Assembly: GCA_003427395.1 (NCBI GenBank)
Contig: BFEA01000042.1
Coordinates: forward strand, 4,018,439-4,071,082
Length of the DNA stretch: 52,644 nucleotides
Origin: Chara braunii
Taxonomy: Eukaryota; Plantae; Charophyceae
Reading direction: 5' to 3'
In this document: piece by piece, positions 23,064 through 33,451 of the stretch
How positions within the stretch are numbered: the first letter of the stretch is position 1
Layout: every line of letters starts with the position of its first letter
The notes under the pieces: generated by a model
The model's database searches: none
Seen by the model: the letters and a program-made list of their open reading frames with translations, nothing else
What the model was told of the DNA's origin: nothing
Translations under genes and position numbers: made by a program

Positions 23064-24484
23064 TCACTGTGCAATCATCCACTCCGCCAACGCGTCCCTC
23101 AGTATCAGCGCATCCCCCATCGAAGACTCCATGCATACTGGCCTCAATGGTTGATGCATCCCCAGATCCACTCTACGACGCACGCCGTCTGGACCCACCT
23201 CCCACAACAGATTGTCGTCAAACGGGACGCCGGCGTCGATGAGTATGTTGTGGATGATGCAGACGGCGACGAATTGTTGCGGCAAGCTGTGCATGTTGCA
23301 CTTGTGGGTGCGGAGGAACAACCTCCACATTCCCTTCAGTCTGCCATACGCCCTCTCCACTGCTCCCCTGGCCGTCTTCTGTTTGTTGTCGAAGCGTGCC
23401 TCCGTCGGGTGTTGCGCGAGACCGCCGTAAGGGACGACTACCATTCCGACTGCGGATAACCGTTGTCACCGAGCAAGTAGCCATTAGTCCGCACACCGAA
23501 AGGCAACATCACATGCGGCCCAGTGAAAAGTTGTCCTGACTCCGCGCGCACCCACAAACTCGACAGGTTCAGCATCCTCATGTCATGCACACTCCCCGGA
23601 TAACCGACGAAGACGTCCAGCACACGCAAGTTCATGTCGACCACCACTTGCGCCTGCACGGAGAATCGACGTCTCCTGTCGTAGTAGTCCTCACCGTTGG
23701 CGTTCGCGGGTTTGTCGATGTAGGTATGTGTGCATTCGATGCACCCATAGCAGTTCGGAAACCCCTTGTCAGCGAAGGCGCGCAACACGACCGCCTTCTG
23801 CAAACCTGTGGGCCATGATATCTTGTCGGGGTAAGCAGTCAGCAAAGTTGCCGTGACGTCACGCACCGTCGTGATGCCGGAAGCCCTCCCGATGCCGAAG
23901 CTACACGTCCCGCTGTCGTACATCTCCCCCGTGGCCCACCTGTACAGTGCATAGGCAATGATGTGGTCTGGCTGCAAAGGCACCCTGTAGAACGTCACAC
24001 GGCGTTGAAGGAGTGGGGAAAGAGTCTCCGCGATCTCGCAGAAAACACGAGGCGACATTCGAAGCTTCTCCTTGAAGTAATCATCCGTTCCGTCATCACA
24101 TTGCCGCAGATCCTCCCAAGTGCCGCCCGTTCGCCGCTTCACCCACCACCGTGGAGTCGCCCTTGGAAACCCCTCGCACCCCATCGCGTAGCAGACCTCC
24201 AGCACCTCATCGGGAATGGCAGCCACATCCAAGCACTGCCCAGTCGTCGGAAGCGCCAACAGCTTGCGCCGTGCACGAACATCCGCTTTGAAGTTCGCGT
24301 CATTGCTCGCCATCTGGCAGCGGAAGAGGACGACATTAACCCCCGCAGCAATAGCCATCCTCTCCGCCGTCGTCAAACCGCCGCGCCCTGCCCCGCCGTC
24401 AACGTCCATCCCAGACGCCGCTTCCGATGACATCACGTCAATCAAACCACTGGACTCCATAAACACGGCCACGCGGAAGATCAC
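23064..24484 (-). pseudogene. PIF/Harbinger (DDE_Tnp_4, HARBI1-like) transposase, frameshifted
   Basis: Motifs LRMSPRVF, GCIECTH (canonical GxIDxTH with D>E), GYPGSVHD, LLGDNGYP, R..VERAYGRLKGMWR. Frameshift at ~23440 joins ORFs 23438-24484 and 23064-23444. Confidence 0.92.
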
Positions 24485-24914
24485 AATGTCGGTGGCTGTG
24501 CAATATCTTGGGAGCCACGTACTGATGATGGTCGTCTTCCTTTCCCAATGCTCACGTATCGATGTCGTCTCCCCTTGCCACCAACGCGTACACGATTGTG
24601 CTCATCGACGACAACCACAGGGGACAATCGTCACTTACGCGAACTCCACGAACGCCAGCCGCAGACGCAACCAGGCGTGAAACGTACGTCCTCCACGCGC
24701 CGCCGATCGCAAAGCCTGATTTCAAATTTCAAATTTTGAACAGGAGCGCTGCGCGCCATTTCCAAGGGCCCTGGTTTTGTTTTTTTCTCGTTTCCCGCCC
24801 TCCTTCGAATTCGCGACGGCCAACAAAGGTGGACCACCGCCGTCCGCACGGACACAACTCGGTGGACCACCGTCAGCCCCACCCCCGCGTCTGCTTGTGC
24901 ATATATAAATAGGG

Positions 24915-25045
24915 GCCGCGGGAGCCCCGAGGAATCGTCATCGGGGGTCGACTCCGAGGATGAGTGGAACGAAGGCGACAATTTCCTCGGGCGACTCCGA
25001 GGAATCGTCCTCGGGGCCCGAGGACGCCCCGAGGAGTGTCGAACG
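24915..25045. repeat. GC-rich short repeats and hairpins (CCGAGGAATCGTC.TCGGGG)
   Basis: Recurrent CCGAGGA / TCCTCGG units. Confidence 0.5.
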
Positions 25046-25249
25046 AGCCCCTGATTCACACCTGATGGAACTGATCGAGGGCTTACTCCTTCGGTCTTTG
25101 ATATGGAGATGCTGCGGGGTTATCCTGTCTATGAGCAATTGTAGGCGGCCTGCGGCGAAAATTTGCCAGAGCTGCATGACGATAGAGTGCCGCGGTGCGA
25201 TGGAGCTGACCGCACGAGTTATGCTGCTTTGTTGATTTTTTTGTGCTAC

Positions 25250-25920
25250 AGAAACTAGCAGCTGTTATTGTGATAGAAATAGTAATTTGTCAAGTGTTTT
25301 GTTGTTTAAACTAGGGCTTGCTCTACGTCTGCTGCCTTTTCTGTTCTTCGCAGACAATAGGGATTATGTATTGAACCCTTGTTGCTTTTGTTGGCTAATA
25401 GAAACTAGCTGTAGTTATCGAACCTGCCGTGTGTTGAAACAGTATTAGGGTTGGACGATCGGGGTTTGTAGCTATCTGTTAGTTTGTAGGTTTGGCCATA
25501 GAAATAGTAAATAGCTAGTACTTCGTTGTTGAAATTAGGGTTCGGTCTACATATGCCGCCTTCTGTATTCTTTGCAGATAATAGGAATTATGTTTCCAAC
25601 GATTGTAGAAATTGTAGTAGCTTTGGACGAGGAATGCTGTTATGTGAAGAATAGTTAGATCGTGGGATTGATATTTTGTAGGTGATTGTCTGTTTATGGT
25701 TGGTGGAAACTAGGGTTGGACACCTGACTTTCGCAGTTATGGGGACTGAGGTTTTTGGGATTGCAGGTAGTAATGAGAATAGGTTTATGTTGGCTCGTTG
25801 GTTTTGTTGGTCCATAGAAACTAGCTGTTGTTATCAAACCTGCTGTGTGCTGAAACAGTATTAGGCTTGGATGATCGGGGTTCGCAGCTAGTTGTTAGTA
25901 TTTTTTCGGATCTTAGGGTT
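25250..25920. repeat. Degenerate internal duplications (AGAAACTAGCTGT.GTTATC.AACCTGC.GTGTG.TGAAACAGTATTAGG)
   Basis: 25398-25474 matches 25815-25890; 25308-25369 matches 25531-25593. Confidence 0.55.
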
Positions 25921-26689
25921 TGCAGTGACACTGTGGTCCGATCTTAGGGCTTGACCGGTGATGTCTCGCCCTTCGATGGGGCCACCTTCCTTTTGTGAGG
26001 GATGCCAGGCCCGTTTCCTGGCTTATTGAAATATAAGGGACGCCGGACCCCGTTCCTGGCTGCCTTTTTCAAAAAAAAAANNNNNNNNNNNNNNNNNNNN
26101 NNNNNNNNNNNNNNNNNNNNNNNNNNNNNNNNNNNNNNNNNNNNNNNNNNNNNNNNNNNNNNNNNNNNNNNNNNNNNNNNNNNNNNNNNNNNNNNNNNNN
26201 NNNNNNNNNNNNNNNNNNNNNNNNNNNNNNNNNNNNNNNNNNNNNNNNNNNNNNNNNNNNNNNNNNNNNNNNNNNNNNNNNNNNNNNNNNNNNNNNNNNN
26301 NNNNNNNNNNNNNNNNNNNNNNNNNNNNNNNNNNNNNNNNNNNNNNNNNNNNNNNTTTTTTTTTTTTTTTTTTTTTTTTTTTTGAAAGGCTAATTCTTTT
26401 ATGCCCAACTAATTCAAATTCAATTACCTGTCAAATCTGGACAGGACGGCCTTTCCGGCCTGAAGAGTAGTCTTTCAGATGTTGCTTTTCTTTGTGGAAT
26501 CGTTGAAATGCCCCTAAAAGTTTTCGTATTTCGTTAGATACCCCTAACACGCAGGGGTACGCTGAAGTGCCCCAAATTTCTGCATGTGCCCCCTTCCCGC
26601 TCATCGGCAACTTCACCATATGCCCCTGGCCCTGGGCTGCAGGGGCCTGTGCATTTCTTTTGCCATCTGCAGGGTCCAACAGCCAGAAC

Positions 26690-27030
26690 TACAGGGGCAT
26701 ATAGACAAGTTGCTGAGGGCCCCGTAGAGGTGTGCAAGAGATGACAGGTCCAGTTGGTGAGTGGGGCATTTTGCAAAGTTTCACTACTGCCGTAGGGGCA
26801 TGTTGCCACACACATGCATTTTAGGGGTACCAGGGGCATCAGGGGCATTTCAACAATTTCCCCCTTTTTTTTCTGTAGTCTTTTGGATAGCAAAAGATGA
26901 CAGGTCCAATTGGCAGGTGGGGTATTTTGCAAAGTTTCATTACTCTCATAGGGGCATTTCGCCATATACATGCATTTGAGCGGTATCTGACAAAATAGAC
27001 CAACTTTAAGGGGCATTGCAACAAATTTCC
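26690..27030. repeat. Imperfect ~155-bp tandem duplication
   Basis: AGATGACAGGTCCA.TTGG...GTGGGG.ATTTTGCAAAGTTTCA occurs twice. Confidence 0.6.
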
Positions 27031-27854
27031 CCTCTTTGTTCGTTTTTTTCTTCTTCAGTCTTTCTGATCGGGCCATTCCCGTATTTTGCTTCATTTCTGG
27101 TAGAATATCATATTCAGAAAGCCAAATCTGAGAACACATACATGACGCCCACCTTTGGCCCACCTTGTGATGCGGGAAAGCTATAAATTCCCACGCAAGT
27201 ACAAAGGGGTTGCCAAGGGGGACAGTCCCAACTTTTCCCTTGCGGTAGTGCGTGGGTTCATTGTGGCATAACTGGCCCCCACATGGACAGTGGAGCTCTC
27301 CTCTAAGAGAGGAATGGGCGTATCTCAGTTGGTGCACCAATGAACTGTTGAAACTGGGACGTGAGTTCAAATCCGGCAAGAAAAATACGTCAGAGTGCCC
27401 ATGCCACCCTGTCAGCAGCTCCGGTTGGGCCCAAAGTGGTGGGTGGTGGGTATTGGGCAACATCAATTTGCGTTGGCCAAAACGGTCCCGGGCCGAGGTA
27501 CCACACGGGAGGCTGAAATCGTGCTGACTGCCCGAAATGGCAGGGGCTAAGGCCAGAGTGAATCGCGCTGACTGCCCGAAATGGCACGGGCCAAGGTACC
27601 GTGTGACCGGTAGGTAGGCCAGTTTGAAATCCGGGTGAGAGCCTGAAACGGCCACGTGCCAAGGTAACATACCGGATGGGCTAGGCCCAAATCGTGCCGA
27701 CTGGCCGAAATGCCCACGGGCCAAGGGGCCATGGTACCGGAGGCCAAGTCCCACTACCAGTAGTGGAGGTCTCGTTCCTGCTGCCGGTGCCTGTGTGACA
27801 GTGCGCGATGCAGCACGGCAGATGAGTGACAGCAGGCGGAGGAAAAAGGAAACA

Positions 27855-27865
27855 AGAGAGAGAGA

Positions 27866-27943
<78 letters not shown>

Positions 27944-27984
27944 NNNNNNNNNNNNNNNNNNNNNNNNNNNNNNNNNNNNNNNNN

Positions 27985-28042
<58 letters not shown>
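27855..28042. repeat. (GA)n microsatellite with gap
   Basis: Seen directly. Confidence 0.95.
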
Positions 28043-28043
<1 letters not shown>

Positions 28044-28298
28044 ACTCCGAATCCGTAATGATGGGACAGACTGAAAATGGGCCAATGTCAGTGGCTGGGA
28101 ACCAGTAGGCCGCTCGGACCTTGTATAGCTACTGCAGGAAATGAGCTTACCACAGCCTTGCGTAAGAGCAGCTATGGAAAATCAGACTGGTGGTCAATTG
28201 AAAATCAGCCTCTGTAGCCCTATTTGGGTCGGGCTACAGGTGAGGACCTCTCTACTACACCTGTGAGCAAAAAATGTGGCCAATGGAAAATCACCTTG

Positions 28299-28394
28299 CA
28301 CAGGTCTTGTCCAAATAAAAAGGGAAAATGGCGTACCATAGATGATGCCAGATTGAATAGGAGAGTCTTGGAGTTGGGGGCCGCAGGCCCACAC
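28299..28394 (-). repeat. Split direct repeat B2
   Basis: CACAGGTCTTGTCC...ATGCCAGATTGAATAGGAG...GGCCGCAGGCCCACAC, repeated at 29043-29128. Confidence 0.9.
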
Positions 28395-28418
28395 TCAGCG
28401 GGAAAATCGAGGGCGGGC

Positions 28419-29041
28419 AGGACTGCTTCGCCAAAATTGGCGAAGGAGAAATGACTCTCCTCAGACCGGCTGACGAAGTGACTTGACTGGTCTGCAGGTT
28501 TGCTTACGCGCTGAGTGCTGCTGGAGGGCGCGCGAGCGAGGGAGGATCCAGAGAGATCCAGTAGATCCAGCAGGTCCAACAACCTGCCTCAACTGCTGCG
28601 CTGCCGGTGACTTATACTGTCACGGGCAGTGGGAGCAGTGTCGTCCGGGCAGGCGACGTCCAAATGCATCCCGGGTGAGTTCCGCGAACCTGGTCCTATT
28701 TCAGACCCGACTGAATGTCCTTCGTCCTGCTGGCGGTCCCATGCCCGAGTCCAATGCCCTGTAACTGTAGGAGGTCGGTGTCGTGGTCCAACCGCTGAAA
28801 TTGTAGTCTTCCGAGGAATGCGCGTCGTAGATGTCCTGAATCCAAGGCCGAGAGTGTCGGTCGTAGGCGAGCCAATGGTGCCAATGGAATGCAAGTCGTA
28901 GATGTCCGAAATTCAGGGCAGCGAAGAAATGACGAAGACCGAGGGAATGGTTGACGTGTCTAAACTGTGGGCAACCGTTGGAATGCAGTGATGGTGACCT
29001 AAGGTAAGTGTAGTAATCGAAAAGGCCGTAGGACAGTTGCT
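28419..29041 (-). repeat. Split direct repeat A2
   Basis: About 620 bp, colinear with 39377-40001. Confidence 0.93.
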
Positions 29042-29042
29042 C

Positions 29043-29128
29043 CACAGGTCTTGTCCGAATAGAAAAGAAAAATGTCATACCATAGAGGATGCCAGATTGA
29101 ATAGGAGTTGGAGGCCGCAGGCCCACAC
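29043..29128 (-). repeat. Split direct repeat B1
   Basis: Copy of 28299-28394 that directly abuts A2. Confidence 0.9.
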
Positions 29129-29205
29129 ACCTCCTAACCGTCCCATATCCCCCCATGGTCCCGCAAGTGACATAGTCGTCTTGCAGGGAATGATGGAATG
29201 AGCGG

Positions 29206-30248
29206 ATGAGCGATGGAAGCTGGCGGCAGAAGAGGGACACTCCCGAGCACGGAGGAGATTACGAGAGTGGATTGGAATGGTGCAGCAAAGTGATAGATGA
29301 ATATGGTTGTGGAGAGCCATGGCGGAATGGAATGCGGAGGTTGCTACTTGGATTGAATGAATGGTTGGAGAGAAATAATGTTGGTCGTGATTGCATGGGG
29401 TGCATCGATCTGGATATCATGTCATTTATGAGTAGTCAATGGTTGATTGAGGTGGAGGGTCATTGTCGAACAGCTGATAATGAGAGGACTCCTATTGTAT
29501 CGCCATCCACTGTTGATGCAGCAATAGATTGTTTGAGTAATAGTTTCCGATTGCTGGGGAGGGAGAACGATGATCCTTGCCAGAGCAGTCGAGCGAAAGT
29601 TTTCCGCAAGGGGTATCGTGAGTATGCATTACAAAGGGGAGTAATAGAGCGCATCCCTTGCGATGGGAGAAATTGGGAATTGTTATAAGTTATAAAAGGA
29701 GTAAGGTTCGGGTACTGAAGGGAGTTACGGAGGCTGAAGCTTATAGGGATGCTGCAATCTTTCTATATCTATGGGAGAGTTGGCAACGTTGTGGTGAAGG
29801 TTTGCGGTTGCAATTTTTGAAAATTAATGTGGAGGAGAGAACAGTGTGTCCTGGATACACGAAGACCGATCGACAAGGCGGAAGATTTCTGATAAGGTTG
29901 TGTGAGCCCGAAGAGGGGGAAGAGACATTTTTAGGTATTCCAAGTGAGTTAATAGTAGTGTATGAGGGGGTAGGACAGGATATCAGAGTGTGGTACTTAT
30001 TTCGTGGTCGACGTGGTGACGGGCCATTAGGTGGGAGTGGATTTAACAAGCGGATTGAAAAGTGGTTTGGGGAGGCTGGAGTGTATGAAGGGGAAACCGG
30101 ACATAGTTTTCGGATAGGTGGGGTTCAGGCCGGTATTGAGGAAGGATGGAGTCTGGGGGAGATGATGCGTCAAGGGACTAAGAAGAGTGTGGAGACGTTT
30201 ATGTGATATGGTTATGGGATGAAACGAGGTTGGAAAAGGAAGGGTGAT
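29206..30248 (+). pseudogene. Tyrosine recombinase of the YR retrotransposon (frameshift and premature stop)
   Basis: N-terminal domain in ORF 29206-29688. Catalytic domain in ORF 29658-30206 with RDAAIF...WQRCGE (R), TKTDR (K), GHSFRIGG (HxxR) and ETFM*YG, where a TGA stop sits immediately before the catalytic Tyr. Confidence 0.9.
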
Positions 30249-30273
30249 AGTTAGGTTTTGAAGAAAAAAACTC

Positions 30274-32162
30274 TTAGACCGAAGACCGCTGGGTTGGGGC
30301 AGGAGGTGAGGACTCTTGGGCTAGGGATGCAAGAGAAAGGGGATTGGGGAATCTTAAAAGTCCAGAGGATGCGCTGCTGCGAAAGTCTTGGAAACCAAGT
30401 GGGTTTGGGTGAGTCAGGTAAGATGAGGAGGTAGTGGGCAGGGGAAAGCTCTGCACGGGAGATGATTGAGTTGATGAGGGATGTCGGGGGGAAGATCCAT
30501 CTGTAGGGGTTTTTCGGTAGTAAGTCCCAACTAGAGAGAGTGCTTCGATATTAAATGCGTGACTAGACCAAGTTCTGGAGATTAATAGCGAGCAAACGTG
30601 GTGGTAGTCAGAGGCAAAGAGATCGATTGTTGGGACGTCCAAGATGTCAAAGATAGATTTCAGGACATGCGAAGCAATGCCCCAATCCGAGTTATCTTCA
30701 GATTTAGAGACGAGGTCCTCGTGTTGGTTGAGTTCGCGTGGTATCCAGATGCGGTAGAGGAGGGTATCGCATGTGATTAGTATTGAGGCAATATTTCTAA
30801 GCCAAGGGTTGAAGAGTGGGTCTGAGGAGCGCATGTTGGTAAGCAAAAAGGAGACAGCCTGACTATCGAGGTGTAGTCTGATTGATGTGGAAAACAAGAG
30901 GTTCTTGTGATTATTAAAAAGGAAGGTTAATGATTGGAGGACTGCGAAGAGTTCGCGGTGGGTGGAGGAGGTGGTTAGGATTGAAGGGGGAAGACATTCA
31001 TTGAAGATAATCTCATCCTTTTGAAGGGGTTTGGTGATTACTGCAATTTGAGAGGAAGAAGCATCTGATGCAATAAGGAGAGTAGTTTTCCTGGTTATCC
31101 AGAGGCGACCTGGTAAAGAGGGTAGGTGGTGAAGCCACCTGGTTAGGTCAAAGATGAGGGTGTCAGAGGTGGGTATGATGGAGTCCCAATTGGCGGGTGA
31201 GATTGAGTCATAGAGAGAAGATAAATAGAGGGGGACAGGGAGGAAAGCTTTAGAGAGGGAAGTCAGTTTTCCTGCTAGTCTGGCCAATGATCTACTCGTA
31301 ACTGGGGTAGAGGAGACTTCGTTTATAAGATTCAAAATTTTATGAGCCTTGTCATCTGACACTTTTATACTTTTGTCATGGGAGTCGAAGATGAATCCGA
31401 GAAACTTAATGGATTGTGAGTGTAAAAAAAAACATTTATTGATGCTGAGGAAAAAAACAAGGTTGTGAAGAAGCGCGACATAATTGAATGTTTGCCATAT
31501 GAGAGAGAGGATGGATGAATTTGCTAGTGCGGAGTCATCTATGTAGGAAGAGATAAGGATATTTTTAATTCTAAGTTTTGTCATGATTTCTTGCATTACG
31601 ATGATGAAAATCCAACAAGCGGAAGAGACGCCAAGTAGAGTGTGTTGAAGTGATAGTTGATGTCATTCCATTTGAAAGCAAAATAGGGGCGGTGTTCAGG
31701 ACGAATGAGAATGTGGTAGTAATCATTCTTTATGTCGAAGCAAGTGAGAATGTCTTGAAAGGAAGAACCGAGGAGGGGGGATATGAAGTCATCAAAGAAT
31801 TCATAGTGAAAATTAGAAAAGGAAAGTAAGAGATTGACTAATCTAACGTCAAGAATGAATCTTGTCTTAGAAGAACTTTCAATAGCGAATAAAGGGTTTG
31901 TAACGACTGGGGAGGGGGAATACTCTATGATCTTTCAGTCGAATAGTTTGGAGACTGAGGAGGATATAAAGTTTTCATGGTGGGGAAGGAGGTTGTGATT
32001 GGGGATAGAGGTTTTCAGAGGGAATTGAAGTTTGAGGATTCTTTTGAATTGGGAGGCGGAGTAAACACCCTTGACCATTCGTCTAACTTCCATAATCTTT
32101 GCGGGTGGAATGTAGTTGGTTCCTACGAAGTTTAATCTGACCCCGTGCTTGATCCATTGCAA
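30274..32162 (-). pseudogene. pol of the YR retrotransposon: RT, RNase H and methyltransferase-like domain, frameshifted
   Basis: RT: FDIKNDYYHILI..YFAFKWNDINYHFNT (~31640-31745), YIDD, IKFLGF. RNase H: IASDAS, STHRELFAV, HLDSQAV, WIPRELNQHEDLVSK. MT-like: SDWGI...PTIDLFAS. Confidence 0.9.
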
Positions 32163-32382
32163 GACTGAGTGAGAGAAACGTCTGGAGGAAGAAGAGAGTA
32201 GGAGGTTTCAATTAGAGAAGGATGAAGTGGTGGATGCTGCGAAGAAGTCATCTGGTGATCTAAGCCAGGAGGAGGGTTCCTGGAGTGCAAAGATTGTTGT
32301 GCGAAGATCAGTGATTGAAGGGGGGTTGGAAAGATTTTGAAGCATTTGAGGTACAGAAGAGATGCAGAAGGGAGGGGAATTG

Positions 32383-33451
32383 CTAAGAGGGGGTGCTGAA
32401 GTTATCCTTGGTATCGTTAACTGGCTTTGAATTGTTGGAGTCAAGGCGGAATTTTTTTGAAGCCATGTTGTAATCGTAACCCTTGTTGTCATCATCATGA
32501 TGCTTGCGAGTTGTGGAGCGTTTGTCTTCCGTCTTTGAGCTTTCGCCCTTCTTCTGGTAGGTGGTTTTGCCCTTCGAATCGTCCTTGGTCGCCCTGCAAG
32601 ATATAAGACGATAAGTGAGAATGCCCGTATACGCAAAAGGCGTTGACTTTTTAGCAGTCAAGGGCGAGTAGGGAAGTCATCGGGCACAGCCTTTGCTTAC
32701 CTGGCTTCCATCTGCGGTGCTTGGTTAAAACAGTAATTGAATTCCGCTTCGATAAGTGGCATGACTTCCTCCATTCCTTCACGAGCGGCCTTGATTAGTA
32801 GTGTCTTGGTCTCTTTGGGGATGCGTTTCTCCATTGAGTCCTTGGCTATATAGGCAACACGAGAGACAAAGTCGAGGGCGAAGGTCTTTCCATAAGGATA
32901 GCAGGAATAGTTGAGGTCTACTGCTTTAAATCTGATGAAGGATAGGATTTACCAGAAATAGCAAGGGTTGAAGAAGAGTTTTTTCCAAGCTTTGAGTTCG
33001 TAGTAGGAAGATGGGGATTTGGGGAGCATCTTTTGAGAAATCTCGTGCATGTCTGATGTGAGGTTATAGTAGAGTTCACTAAGGGCTTGACTTTCCTCTT
33101 CTCGTCTAAGTAACTCGTTGTGACCGTATTCATATTTTTTGATGAGTTGCCAGAGTTGGGTTCTAAGTTGATCAAATAGGGTCATAAGATCTGGTGGCGG
33201 GGAAGAGGAGGAGGAATTTGATTTGCAGGTAAGTCCTGAGGGCTGAAGATTGGCCGAAGGAGATGAGGAGCAGGGGAGTGTGGTGGGGGAGGAGGTGGTG
33301 GTGGTGGTGGGAGTTTGATGCTGAAGATGTGGACTCTTTGGACTTGTGAAAACTCCCTTAGTTGCACTGAAAAAATGAGTTCGTCAAATGCGGCTTGAGG
33401 ATTGAGGAATGGAATGATCTTGGTTGGGTTGAAAGTGAAAGGTGGAACCAA
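32383..33451 (-). pseudogene. Putative gag-like ORF remnants of the YR retrotransposon
   Basis: Broken coding-like frames (33182-33451, 32949-33185, 32383-32661) immediately upstream of pol. The call is positional only. Confidence 0.4.

Larger units (their letters stand above)
21090..24771 (-). mobile_element. PIF/Harbinger DNA transposon, truncated and decayed
   Basis: Transposase plus convergent second ORF. Candidate terminus GGGCCCTTGGAAATGG on the minus strand ends at 24771; the other end was not found. Confidence 0.75.

Noticed and set aside
26534-28045. 503-aa minus-strand ORF
   Set aside because: It starts in (CT)n and a gap and crosses tandem duplications; no recognisable domain.
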